Positions 49,215 through 58,541 of a stretch of 64,000 nucleotides of DNA are shown here, in pieces. The notes under the pieces were generated by a model. It saw only the letters and a list, made by a program, of their open reading frames with translations. It ran no database searches and had not been told where the DNA came from. Position 1 is the stretch's first letter; every line of letters starts with the position of its first letter. The translations under genes were made by a program, and so were the position numbers. The DNA is from Candidatus Angelobacter sp. (GTDB lineage: Bacteria > Acidobacteriota > Terriglobia > Terriglobales > Acidobacteriaceae), in the NCBI GenBank assembly GCA_036258095.1, contig DATAEJ010000013.1, forward strand, positions 20,554 to 84,553, in the 5' to 3' direction.

Positions 49215-50070
49215 ACCGAGCAACAACATTTCACTTCGACGACGATTTACCAATAGTCTCGCCCTCGGCTCGATTACGATTGCCGCAATCATTGTCACGA
49301 TTCCGCTTTTCCTGATACTTGGCACGGTGGTTTACAACGGTGTGGGCGAACTGCACTGGGCTTTCTTCACTCAAATTCCAAAGCCGGTGGGCGAAGAGGG
49401 CGGCGGCATGGCAAACGCGATCGTGGGTTCTCTGGAATTGCTCGGTTTCGCCAGCCTGATCGGAGTGCCACTTGGAATTGGCGCCGGCGTCTATCTTGCG
49501 GAATATGGGCGCAACATGGCAGGCAACATAGTTCGCTTTACCTGCGACGTGCTTAACGGGGTACCTTCGATCGTCATCGGGATGACGGCTTATGCGCTCG
49601 TCGTACTAACGCAAAAGCATTTCTCAGCGGTAGCCGGCAGCGTGGCTCTGGGAATCATGATGATTCCCACCATTGCTCGGACTACCGAAGAAGTGCTCCT
49701 GATGGTCCCGCAGACGATTCGGGAAGCTGCACTGGGGCTGGGTATTCCGCAGTGGCGGACCACACTGTCCGTCGTGGTAAGAACCGCGAGTGCGGGCATC
49801 GTCACCAGCATCATGCTCGCGTTTGCAAGAGTCGCCGGCGAGACCGCACCGCTCATGTTTACAGCTTTCGGGAACATGTACTGGAACGTCAATCCCAACC
49901 AGCCCATAGCCGCGCTCCCGCTGCAAATCTTCAACTACGCAGTGATGCCCTATGACCAGGCGCACAGGCAAGCCTGGACCGGCGCCCTGGTTCTGATCAC
50001 GATCATTCTTTTCACAGTCATCCTCTTCCGCTATCTTGCCAACCGCGGCGTAATGAAGGGAGCCAACTAA
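49207..50070 (+). CDS. pstA: phosphate ABC transporter permease PstA
   Basis: Permease loop [15 protein letters not shown] prefer TTG 49207 (8-nt overlap with pstC) over the track ATG 49150, which lies deep inside pstC. This start choice is tentative. Confidence 0.88.
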   Translation: MPKPSNNISLRRRFTNSLALGSITIAAIIVTIPLFLILGTVVYNGVGELHWAFFTQIPKPVGEEGGGMANAIVGSLELLGFASLIGVPLGIGAGVYLAEYGRNMAGNIVRFTCDVLNGVPSIVIGMTAYALVVLTQKHFSAVAGSVALGIMMIPTIARTTEEVLLMVPQTIREAALGLGIPQWRTTLSVVVRTASAGIVTSIMLAFARVAGETAPLMFTAFGNMYWNVNPNQPIAALPLQIFNYAVMPYDQAHRQAWTGALVLITIILFTVILFRYLANRGVMKGAN

Positions 50071-50831
50071 TGAGCCCGGGAATCCAGGTTCAAGACCTGA
50101 ATGCCTGGTTCGGATCCACGCAGGCTTTGCACAGCATTACGCTTGATATGCCGGAAAAGCGCACAACGGCGATTATCGGTCCTTCAGGATGCGGCAAATC
50201 GACGTTTGTCCGTTGCCTGAACCGAATGCATGAAACACTCCCCAACACGCGGGTGAACGGCAAAGTCACCGTTGGCGATTTCGACGTCTATGGGAAGAGC
50301 GTTTCGCCGGTCACAGTGCGCCGGCGTATTGGAATGGTCTTTCAGAAGCCGAATCCATTCCCGACGATGTCGATCTATGACAACGTCGCGGCTGGGCTCA
50401 AGCTGAACGGTTATAGCGATCGGCGCCAGCTCGACGAAATCGTGGAGCGCTCGCTCCGCCAGGCTGCCCTGTGGGATGAAGTGAAAAACGATATGAAGAA
50501 GAAGTCTGGCGCCAGCCTCTCCGGCGGCCAGCAGCAGCGGCTGTGCATCGCTCGGGCTCTGGCCGTTGAACCGGAAGTCCTGCTCATGGACGAGCCGGCA
50601 TCAGCTCTGGACCCAATCTCGACTTCAAAGATTGAAGACTTGATTTTTGAGCTGCAGAAGCAATACACCGTGGTAATTGTGACTCACAACATGCAGCAGG
50701 CAGCGCGTGTTGCGGAATATACTGCTTTTTTTCTGATGGGCAACCTGGTGGAGTATGACAAGACGGAAAAAATGTTCACCAAACCCTCCGACAAGCGCAC
50801 GGAAGATTACATAACAGGGAGATTCGGATGA
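50070..50831 (+). CDS. pstB: phosphate ABC transporter ATP-binding protein PstB
   Basis: Walker [10 protein letters not shown], signature LSGGQQQRL, Walker B LLMDEP. Confidence 0.96.
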   Translation: MSPGIQVQDLNAWFGSTQALHSITLDMPEKRTTAIIGPSGCGKSTFVRCLNRMHETLPNTRVNGKVTVGDFDVYGKSVSPVTVRRRIGMVFQKPNPFPTMSIYDNVAAGLKLNGYSDRRQLDEIVERSLRQAALWDEVKNDMKKKSGASLSGGQQQRLCIARALAVEPEVLLMDEPASALDPISTSKIEDLIFELQKQYTVVIVTHNMQQAARVAEYTAFFLMGNLVEYDKTEKMFTKPSDKRTEDYITGRFG

Positions 50832-51490
50832 CACGGACTCGGTTCCATCAGGGACTGGATGACCTCAAACAAAAGATGCTCAGCATGGGTGGACTGGCCG
50901 AGCAGGCGGTCGAGCGCGCGGTGCGCGGCTTTCAGACGCGCGACACCGCCGTTTGCGAGCTTGTGCTGCGCGATGAGCCGCTGATCAATACCTGCGAGCG
51001 CGAAGTCGACGAACTCTCGATTGACCTGCTGGCGATGCAGCAGCCTATGGCTGTGGACCTGCGTTTCATCATTGCCTGTATCAAGATCAATGCTGATCTC
51101 GAACGCGTTGGCGATCAGGCAGTGAACATCGCCGAACGTGTACTGGACATGGTTAACCGGCCGAAAGCCGACCTGAATGTGGACATCCCGCGCATGGCAT
51201 CACTGGCGATCACCATGGTTCGGGATGCACTCAACGCCTTTCTTGCAGCCGATGCCGAAATGGCTCGCTCTGTGCTGGAACGCGATGATCTGGTGGATAA
51301 TCTCAACCGCGAGATTTTCGAGGCGGTTGATTTCGCTCTGACCCATGCGGTCGAGACGCGGCGCGATGCGCTGGATACGTTGATCATCGCCCGCAACCTT
51401 GAGAGGGTGGCAGATCACGCTACCAACATTGCGGAAGACGTGATCTTCTGGGTGCGGGGCGCCGACGTACGTCATCACGCACAGCTTTAG
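50828..51490 (+). CDS. phoU: phosphate signalling complex protein PhoU
   Basis: Two PhoU repeats ([12 protein letters not shown] and [12 protein letters not shown]). 4-nt overlap with pstB. Confidence 0.94.
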   Translation: MTRTRFHQGLDDLKQKMLSMGGLAEQAVERAVRGFQTRDTAVCELVLRDEPLINTCEREVDELSIDLLAMQQPMAVDLRFIIACIKINADLERVGDQAVNIAERVLDMVNRPKADLNVDIPRMASLAITMVRDALNAFLAADAEMARSVLERDDLVDNLNREIFEAVDFALTHAVETRRDALDTLIIARNLERVADHATNIAEDVIFWVRGADVRHHAQL

Positions 51491-51545
51491 AGTTCTCCCG
51501 CTCCGACAGATCGCGTCTATGCCAGCACGGGCATCTAAAGTCTTT

Positions 51546-52076
51546 ATGATCGTCTACTTCCTTCGGCACGCTTCGGCAGGAACCAAAGCTTCGGACCCCA
51601 AAAAGGACGAACGCCGACCCCTGGATGAAGATGGTGTGCTTCAGTCGCGGCACATCGGCCGCTTTCTGGCGACGTTGGGCGTTGAAATAGAAGCTGTCGT
51701 CAGTAGCCCGCTCAAGCGCGCGCTCCAAACCGCTTCACTGGCCGCTGGCGAGCTGAGTTTTGATCGTGAAGTACAGATTGACGACGCTCTGCGCCCGGAG
51801 AGCGAGTATTCCGCTTTTCAATCATTGCTTGCGCGGCTGAGCAAGTACGAATCTGTGGTTATTGTTGGGCACAATCCCAGCATGACAGAGTTCCTGAGCA
51901 AGGCAGTTTCCAACGGAGAGATGGCAGCTCATTTGGAACTCAAGAAGGGCGCGGTCGCCAAGGTGGAGATGAATGGAAGTACCGGAACTCTCAACTGGCT
52001 GGTCACACCGAAGATCGCCCGCACGCTTCAGAGCAGCGTGAAACTGAGTTCCCGTCCGAAAACTTCACGAAAGTAA
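51546..52076 (+). CDS. sixA: phosphohistidine phosphatase SixA-like (histidine phosphatase superfamily)
   Basis: MIVYFLRHASAG (RHG-type motif) and VGHNPSM. I prefer the start at ATG 51546. The track ORF opens at 51519. Confidence 0.8.
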   Translation: MIVYFLRHASAGTKASDPKKDERRPLDEDGVLQSRHIGRFLATLGVEIEAVVSSPLKRALQTASLAAGELSFDREVQIDDALRPESEYSAFQSLLARLSKYESVVIVGHNPSMTEFLSKAVSNGEMAAHLELKKGAVAKVEMNGSTGTLNWLVTPKIARTLQSSVKLSSRPKTSRK

Positions 52077-53545
52077 CTGACCTCTTTTTCCGCCGCCCAC
52101 AACTCCAAGTCAGCACCGCCACGACTAGCTGCAACGTCCATCCGCACGTGGCCGTCCTTCGCCGCCACTCTTACCCTCTGCACGGCATCCCGCCGTCCCT
52201 GATTGAGCGCGCGTGCGACGCGCAGTAGCGCTGTTCCCTTAAGCACATCCGCTCGCATCTGAGCCGGCAAAGCCTTGATTAGACGATCGCGGAGCTGAGG
52301 CCGAGAGTTGCCCTGATAACGCGCGATGGTAGCAATGATCTTGCGCTGGAGAGGCGTGAATCCGAACAGCTCCGACTGCGCGATGATGTAATACGCGTGC
52401 CTGTGCCGGCCCACGGGGTTCACGAACGCCCCGACCTCATAGAGAGAAGCAGCCGTGGCAATCCATTCGCGGAATTCCGTACTGAGTCCATGCACGCGCC
52501 TGGTCTGATCGAAGATGGCGAGTGCTAGATCCCGGACCTGAGTCGCGTTGCCCGTATCAATTCGATACCTCGCAGCCATGCGGGCAAGCGCATCTTCCCG
52601 GTCAGATTCCCATTGCCGGTGTGATCGTGCGCGCTGATCGTATTCGGCCGCCATCTGGGCCAGCAATCCATCGCGTAACCCGAGTGGCGAATAGCGGAAC
52701 GCGCGCGCACCGACGAGGCTCAAGAGCTGCGTATACACGGTGGCCCCGGCGATTACGATTTCAGCTCGTTTGGAATTGATGCCCTTGATTGCAGCGCGCT
52801 GGCGCACAGTGAGCTTGGCAAGTTTCCTGCCCAATTTTGATACAGCCGGCTGGGAAACAAGATTCTTTCGTCCCAGCTTTAATGACCGGGCCGCTCCCGC
52901 CAACGCAGCCGCCGTACCGGAAGTTGCGATTGCGAGCGGGGTCTGTGACCGCAAAATATTGCGTGGAATGCGCCTGCTCTCCTCAGTTATGAAATCCTGC
53001 AGGCGTTTCATTTCCGGCTTGGTAGGCGGATCGTGTTGAATGAACTCCTCGGTCAGCCGGACGGCGCCGAGCGGCAGGCTCACAATGTCCTTAATGTGGC
53101 CTTTCTCGGAAAAAATGAATTCGCAGCTGCCGCCTCCGAGGTCGAGCAGCAGCAACTTTGACGGGATTGAGCGAAGACTGGAGATGACGCCGAGATGGAT
53201 CAACCGTCCTTCTTCCAGGCCGGAGATGATTTCCAGCTTCCATCCAGTGGCAGAGCGCACCCAATCGGCAAAGATATGACCGTTCTTGCTGTCGCGCAAG
53301 GCGCTGGTCGCAACCACGCGCGTGCGCTCAACCGCATAAGTTTGTACTGCACGGTGAAAGCGCCGCAACACCTTCAGGCTGTGGGCCATCGCCTGAGGAT
53401 CGAGGTTGCCGTCTTTGAACACGCCTTCACCAAGACGGGTAACTTCGCGGTCCTGGTGCAGCGGTACCAGGCGGCCACCACGCAGTTCGGCAACACTCAG
53501 CCGGACTGAGTTGGAGCCGATATCGACTGCCGCGAAAGCGGGCAT
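52028..53545 (-). CDS. ppx: Ppx/GppA family exopolyphosphatase
   Basis: AAVDIGSNSVRLSVAE and DLGGGSCEF actin-like ATPase motifs, plus a C-terminal HD-like domain. Confidence 0.92.
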   Translation of the reverse strand: MPAFAAVDIGSNSVRLSVAELRGGRLVPLHQDREVTRLGEGVFKDGNLDPQAMAHSLKVLRRFHRAVQTYAVERTRVVATSALRDSKNGHIFADWVRSATGWKLEIISGLEEGRLIHLGVISSLRSIPSKLLLLDLGGGSCEFIFSEKGHIKDIVSLPLGAVRLTEEFIQHDPPTKPEMKRLQDFITEESRRIPRNILRSQTPLAIATSGTAAALAGAARSLKLGRKNLVSQPAVSKLGRKLAKLTVRQRAAIKGINSKRAEIVIAGATVYTQLLSLVGARAFRYSPLGLRDGLLAQMAAEYDQRARSHRQWESDREDALARMAARYRIDTGNATQVRDLALAIFDQTRRVHGLSTEFREWIATAASLYEVGAFVNPVGRHRHAYYIIAQSELFGFTPLQRKIIATIARYQGNSRPQLRDRLIKALPAQMRADVLKGTALLRVARALNQGRRDAVQRVRVAAKDGHVRMDVAASRGGADLELWAAEKEVSYFREVFGRELSFTLL

Positions 53546-53550
53546 TTAGT

Positions 53551-54417
53551 TCAGGCGCTTACAACCACCGAGCGCTGCACTTTGGCGCGCTGTGGCAGCT
53601 TCTTGGAAGGATTCAGGCCGGCAAGGAATTCGGCAGCTCCTCGAACGGCCTCTCTCCTGTGTGACTCCGCCAGCGAGCGGACCTGTTCGGGCAGGAATGA
53701 GTTGGGATTCGTGTCGAAGAATTTCTCTGCCGTCTGCGCCAGGCTTTCCCAATCGTGCCACTTCCCCAAGACGTCCTGAACACCTTTCAATGATTCAAGC
53801 AGCTGGGTCTGTGCGGGGCTTTCCGAAGCCAACTCTGCGAGATAGCGAATCATCTTCAATTCGACTCGCGTCTTGTGCAGCCGCGCCGGCTTCGGATTCG
53901 GATGCTGGCGGCTCTTTTCGGCGAGCTTTGCCAGTCGCGACTGCGCCTCGACCAGCGCAGAGCTCCCATCCAACTGGCCGCTCGATACCGCCTTCTCTCC
54001 GATTGTCTCCATGTGATCGAGAAGCCGGTTACTGCGCAGGCGAACGCCTTCCGTGGAGAGCTTCTTCACCTGCCGCTGGCGTTTGCGGGCAATGAACTCG
54101 GCCAGAGCGGCCACTTCTACGCCGCTCTGAGAATCACCATTAATATCGTTGAGGAGCGCCAGTTCGATGTCCAGATCACGGACTTTTCCTGCCTTCCGGC
54201 GCAGCTGTTCCAGATCGTCAAGATGGTTCTGCTGCTTTTTCTTGATCCTTTGAGCGCCGTACTCGACAGCAGCGTTGTACCGGCGTGCGCTGACGCGCAG
54301 CTTGTGTACGTGTTCAGGGGTGGGATCGCGGAGGACCTTGCTTAACCGCTCAGAAAAGTTCTCCACAAGCTCGCGAATGCGCTCTTCAGTGGTGCTCATA
54401 AATCGAGGGTCGTACAA
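53551..54417 (-). CDS. CHAD domain-containing protein
   Basis: Repeated CHAD-type motifs VHKLRVSARRY and LHKTRVELKMIRY, plus WHDWES. It sits 5 nt upstream of ppx. Confidence 0.85.
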   Translation of the reverse strand: MYDPRFMSTTEERIRELVENFSERLSKVLRDPTPEHVHKLRVSARRYNAAVEYGAQRIKKKQQNHLDDLEQLRRKAGKVRDLDIELALLNDINGDSQSGVEVAALAEFIARKRQRQVKKLSTEGVRLRSNRLLDHMETIGEKAVSSGQLDGSSALVEAQSRLAKLAEKSRQHPNPKPARLHKTRVELKMIRYLAELASESPAQTQLLESLKGVQDVLGKWHDWESLAQTAEKFFDTNPNSFLPEQVRSLAESHRREAVRGAAEFLAGLNPSKKLPQRAKVQRSVVVSA

Positions 54418-54515
54418 CTAAAAGGGTACCCCATAGCCGCAGTCCCTACAACCATCCAGGGCAGAGCCAATCGGGTTATTGCCCGAGCTGCTCAGGTGCT
54501 GGATAATGTTTCTAC

Positions 54516-54567
54516 AGGCGATGGAGTTCGCCTTAACCGCCGGGAAGCCGGCTGATGACTCCTACCA
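54516..54567 (+). promoter_or_regulatory. fluoride riboswitch (crcB RNA motif)
   Basis: AGGCGAUGGAGUUCGCCUUAACCGCCGGGAAGCCGGCUGAUGACUCCUACC closely matches the remembered crcB-motif consensus (GGCGAUGGnGUUCGCC...AACCGCC...GCUGAUGACUCCUAC). It lies directly upstream of crcB. Confidence 0.9.
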
Positions 54568-54590
54568 AACAACACCTGGAGCCGTCCACG

Positions 54591-54983
54591 ATGCGAACTC
54601 TGATCGAGTGGAGAGCCTACGCCTGGATTTCCGTCGGCGCCATTCTCGGCGCAAACCTTCGTTATTTCCTGAGCAAGATTATTACGCGGTTCAGCGATGC
54701 GGCATTTCCCTACGGCACGCTTGTGATCAACGTAACCGGAAGCCTGCTCCTCGGCTTTTTCCTGATCTGGACCACGGAGCGGGTATTTGCGAATCCGCTA
54801 TGGCGCTGGCTGGTGGCAATCGGTTTCTGTGGCTCCTATACGACGTTCTCAGGTTACGCATTTGAGACCATGGCGTATGTCGAACCGAGAAACTGGGCAT
54901 TGTTCGCCATGAACATTCTGGCGAACAACCTGCTCTGCCTTGGAGCAGTCCTCGTGGGCGGGATGATTGCCCGGGGAATTTGA
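54591..54983 (+). CDS. crcB: fluoride efflux channel CrcB/FluC
   Basis: GAILGANLRYFLS, FPYGTLVINVTGSLLLGF, GFCGSYTTFS. I moved the start to ATG 54591 because the track start 54555 lies inside the riboswitch aptamer. Confidence 0.92.
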   Translation: MRTLIEWRAYAWISVGAILGANLRYFLSKIITRFSDAAFPYGTLVINVTGSLLLGFFLIWTTERVFANPLWRWLVAIGFCGSYTTFSGYAFETMAYVEPRNWALFAMNILANNLLCLGAVLVGGMIARGI

Positions 54984-55036
54984 TCCAAAGTAGTGCGCGT
55001 GTAGAATCCGAGTGAGACTTTGAAGGCACTCTTGCC

Positions 55037-55366
55037 ATGAATCCTGAAGAGACCGCGGTGCAGGTAACGATTTACCTCAACGAAGCCGACCAGTGGAAGC
55101 GCCGGCCCCTGCATCTGGAGCTGCTCAACTATCTTCGCGAGCAGGAGGTCCCCGGCGCTACCGTGCTTCACGCCGTGGCAGGATTTACAGGTCACAGCCG
55201 CGTTAAGACCTCCACGCTGGTGGATGCCGGCGGTAAGCTGCCCTTGGTCCTCACCTTCATTGACAAAGCCGAGCACGTGGATCGCATTATGCCTCACATC
55301 AAGGAAATGGCTGGACACCGGCTGATCGTGCGCGAAAGAGTGGTGATCGAGGGTGAAGCTGAATGA
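55037..55366 (+). CDS. DUF190 domain protein (PII-like, commonly linked to crcB)
   Basis: VTIYLNEADQWKRRPLHLELLNYLREQEVPGATVLHAVAGFTGHSRV is the DUF190 core. Confidence 0.8.
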   Translation: MNPEETAVQVTIYLNEADQWKRRPLHLELLNYLREQEVPGATVLHAVAGFTGHSRVKTSTLVDAGGKLPLVLTFIDKAEHVDRIMPHIKEMAGHRLIVRERVVIEGEAE

Positions 55367-56124
55367 GCTCCCCTGCGCTTGATGTGCTCGCGCTGGCAGC
55401 CCACCGCGATGATGTTGAGCAGACCTGCGGCGGGACGCTATTGAAGATGGCGCAAGCGGGCCAACGGACAGGCATTCTCGATCTTACCCGCGGCGAGATG
55501 GGAACACGAGGAAGTGCGGAGGATCGCGCGCGTGAAGCGGCCGAGGCCGCGAGACTCTTGCGAGCCAGTTTCCGGGACGCTCTGGACATTCCTGACGGTC
55601 GCGTAGAGAACAGCTGGGAGAACCGGCTGAAGATTGCAAAGGTCATTCGCGAGCAACGACCGCGCGTGCTTATCGTTCCCTATTGGCAGGGCCGCCATCC
55701 CGATCACTACACGGCATCAACGCTCGGCTATGAAGCGGCATTCCTGGCTGGATTGACGAAGCTGGGCAACACACCGGGCTCGAGTACAGGTCTGCTGGCG
55801 GATGCAGTAGCCAAGCTGCCGCCGCACCGGCCATTCAAGATCATCTACGCCAGCCTCTATTATGACGTGCGACCCAGTTTCGTGGTTGATATCACCGAGC
55901 AGTTTGAAATCAGGGTGCAGTCGCTACTGGCATACCGGTCGCAATACGCGGATCAGAGCCAGGGCAGCGCTCTTTTCCCTGCCGAAAAAGAGATCCGCGG
56001 CCGCCTGGAAGGCATGGCCAGCTTCTACGGCCTTCTTGCCGGCGTGAGGTACGCGGAACCGTTTGTGCAAAAGGAAGTGGGGCTCGTGCAAGATCTGACC
56101 ACGATCCCAGTCGCCTCGCTCTAA
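55363..56124 (+). CDS. bshB1: PIG-L/LmbE family deacetylase, BshB1-like (bacillithiol biosynthesis)
   Basis: LDVLALAAHRDDVEQTCGGTLLKMAQAG..GILDLTRGEMGTRGS closely matches the remembered BshB1 N-terminus. Confidence 0.8.
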   Translation: MSSPALDVLALAAHRDDVEQTCGGTLLKMAQAGQRTGILDLTRGEMGTRGSAEDRAREAAEAARLLRASFRDALDIPDGRVENSWENRLKIAKVIREQRPRVLIVPYWQGRHPDHYTASTLGYEAAFLAGLTKLGNTPGSSTGLLADAVAKLPPHRPFKIIYASLYYDVRPSFVVDITEQFEIRVQSLLAYRSQYADQSQGSALFPAEKEIRGRLEGMASFYGLLAGVRYAEPFVQKEVGLVQDLTTIPVASL

Positions 56125-56139
56125 CACACACGGCGCCCG

Positions 56140-58206
56140 CTATGGGCCTGTCTCCAGATTTTGATCGCATACACCACTCGTTGGCTGGTCCGGGAGAGGC
56201 GGCGGAGTCGGCCATGAGGGGGTTGTGAAGTCGAAGAAATCCAGCAGATCGTCTGCCGCAGCGTCACGCAAGGTGAGAGCCGGCAGATTGAAACGCTTCT
56301 CCACCATCTTCAACATCGCCGTGTAATCGCGCTGGACGTGGGAAACGTAGTGCGCGCGCACCCATGGCGAGACCACGACAAACGGCACCCGGAAGCCGCT
56401 CAGGGTAAAGTCGCCGGGTCGATCATTAGGCTGAAGTGCGGGAGGAATGGCGTCAGGCGCGGGGAGCGGGATGGGCGGCACGTGGTCGTAGAGGGCTCCG
56501 CCTTCGTCGTAGGTCAGAATGAAGATTGACGACTGCCATGCCGGACTGGCCATAAGCGCGTCAATGATCTTCTTGGTATTCGCAATTCCTGCCTGCAGAT
56601 TCTTGTCAGGATGTTCATCCAATCCGGTTGGTGTTGCCCGTTCGATGAAGACGACCGGGGGCAGCAGATTGTCGGCGTTCGGATCAGCGAGGATGGTGTA
56701 GTAATTCGCAATGTTAAATGCATTGGCCTGCGCAGCGCCGTTGTTGTTCGTCCACGTACCAAACTGGAACAGGAAGAGCCCGTTATCTTGATAGTAGTAA
56801 CGCCACGGAACGTTGTGTTCCGTGAGCAGATCGAAAATTGTCTTCTGCTGATACTGCCCGGCGCTTGAAGTAGGATCGGGGATGATCTTGCCGAACGAAG
56901 TCCCGGTAAAGAGATACATGCGATTCGGATTGGTGTTAGTCAGAACGGGAGAGAACACCGCATCGCCCACGGCGAACTGTGTTGCGAGTTCGTAGTAGTA
57001 CGGCATGTCGCTCTGGTCGTAGTACCCCATGGCGCGATGGCCGTTGGGATCGATGGTTGATGGCAGCGTTGGCAGCATCCAGCCGTCCATTTTGCCGCCG
57101 TCATAAATGATGTGGCTTTCGTTCCATTGAGGGCTGAGGTTCTCTGTGCAAATCGTCCGGTAATGGAACGGCGACACGAGGTTACCTGCCTTGTCTTTGA
57201 CCTGAACGGTTGTGTCGAGCCCATTCACGTCATTCGCAAAGCCATGCGACGCCTTGTACTGTCCCAGGAGGCCGAAATAGTTGTCGAAGGAGCGGTTCTC
57301 CTGGACCAGGATGATGATGTGCTTGATCTTGGTCTGGAAAACGCCTGACTGATCGACTTTCACGGACGCTGTGGAAGTTACGGTGTGTCCGGCTGCATCG
57401 GTTGCCGTGGCCGTGTAGGTGGTGCTAACGGTCGGGGTCACCGTGGCCGTGCCGGTAAGTGGTTCCGTACCGACTCCTTGATCGATGGAGACGGTGGTCG
57501 CGTTCTGTGAAGCCCACGAGAGCGTTACCGGCTGGGCTGGAGACGTGGCTGAAGGAGTAGCGATTATGTTGACCGCCAGCTGTCCCAGCGGGGCGACGTT
57601 GACCGTCGCTTGAGCAGTAATGGTCCCTCCGGGGCCGGTGCCCGTAAGGGTATAAACCGTGGTTGCCGCTGGAGTCACATTTACCGAGCCCGTAGGAACA
57701 ACCACGGCACCAATCCCCTGGTCGATTGAAATGGACGTTACATTCTGCGCCGACCAGCTAATGGTTGCGCTCTGCCCTGCCACCAGTTGGGCGGCTGGAG
57801 TAACCGTGGCGGTTAGAACCGGGGGCGGCTGGTTTACGGTGACGGTCGCCTGGGCCGTGCCTTGCCCGCCAGGACCTGTGGCGGTCAATTTGTAAACCGT
57901 TGTGGCAGATGGTGTCACCGGAACGGACCCACTCAAGGGCAACGCCGTGTCGTCGCTCGGATTTGGGTCAGGCGATATCGCGACTGACGTGGCGTTCTTG
58001 GTCGTCCAGGTAAGCGTGGTTAATCCGCCAGCCGTTATCGTTGCGGGGGCTGCGCTCATTGTCGCAGATGGCCCCGGCCCCGTTGGAGTGGGCGTCGGGG
58101 TCGGCGTGGGCGGACCGGCTTGTACTGTTCCACCGCCGCAGCCGGCGACAACCAATACTGCTGAAACACAAATAATTAAGAGTGCGATATAGGAACGTTT
58201 AAGCAA
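56140..58206 (-). CDS. phosphoesterase-family lipoprotein (phospholipase C / acid phosphatase type) with three N-terminal Ig-like repeats
   Basis: Lipobox VVAGC. Three repeats of about 90 aa (..LTTLTWTTKNATSVAISPD.., ..SATISWSAQNVTSISIDQG.., ..VTLSWASQNATTVSIDQG..). These are followed by the phosphoesterase motif IILVQENRSFDNYFG. Confidence 0.85.
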   Translation of the reverse strand: MLKRSYIALLIICVSAVLVVAGCGGGTVQAGPPTPTPTPTPTGPGPSATMSAAPATITAGGLTTLTWTTKNATSVAISPDPNPSDDTALPLSGSVPVTPSATTVYKLTATGPGGQGTAQATVTVNQPPPVLTATVTPAAQLVAGQSATISWSAQNVTSISIDQGIGAVVVPTGSVNVTPAATTVYTLTGTGPGGTITAQATVNVAPLGQLAVNIIATPSATSPAQPVTLSWASQNATTVSIDQGVGTEPLTGTATVTPTVSTTYTATATDAAGHTVTSTASVKVDQSGVFQTKIKHIIILVQENRSFDNYFGLLGQYKASHGFANDVNGLDTTVQVKDKAGNLVSPFHYRTICTENLSPQWNESHIIYDGGKMDGWMLPTLPSTIDPNGHRAMGYYDQSDMPYYYELATQFAVGDAVFSPVLTNTNPNRMYLFTGTSFGKIIPDPTSSAGQYQQKTIFDLLTEHNVPWRYYYQDNGLFLFQFGTWTNNNGAAQANAFNIANYYTILADPNADNLLPPVVFIERATPTGLDEHPDKNLQAGIANTKKIIDALMASPAWQSSIFILTYDEGGALYDHVPPIPLPAPDAIPPALQPNDRPGDFTLSGFRVPFVVVSPWVRAHYVSHVQRDYTAMLKMVEKRFNLPALTLRDAAADDLLDFFDFTTPSWPTPPPLPDQPTSGVCDQNLETGP

Positions 58207-58490
58207 GGTCCACCCAATTAAGAGTCTTTCTCTTCGTTGAGGTTAGATAGGTAAATGGCGATCAGGGTTGCTGCTGGCCGGAGCTGCAGGATTGCCCGAT
58301 TATGCCGTTTCCAGGCTTTGCAGGGAGGCGTCAAAGCAGAAGCACCTTCTTTTTTGCATTCAGGGTGAAACGGTCTGCCCTTTTAGAACACGTAACAAAT
58401 ACGGAGAACCGTTCGAAGAGGCACGGAGGCCCCATCTGGCTCCTTTCTGCTTCCGTGCTGCTTCTTGTTTTCTTTACCTTGGTGGATTGG

Positions 58491-58531
58491 GTCTTCGCGG
58501 CAGCTCGACCGCCGCGAAGACTTTTTATTTT
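58491..58531 (+). terminator. strong + strand intrinsic terminator with no annotated + strand gene upstream
   Basis: 11-bp GC-rich stem GTCTTCGCGGC / GCCGCGAAGAC with a 9-nt loop, followed by TTTTTATTTT. The T tract is only on the + strand side. Confidence 0.6.
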
Positions 58532-58541
58532 GTTGCTTCGG

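Noticed and set aside
54555-54590. Track start codon for crcB at 54555
   Set aside because: It lies inside the conserved 3' arm of the fluoride riboswitch aptamer. ATG 54591 gives a normal-length CrcB.
58207-58300. Pho-box-type repeats upstream of the phosphoesterase gene
   Set aside because: Reading the reverse strand, I found no TTAACA/TTGTTA hexamers in 11-bp phase.
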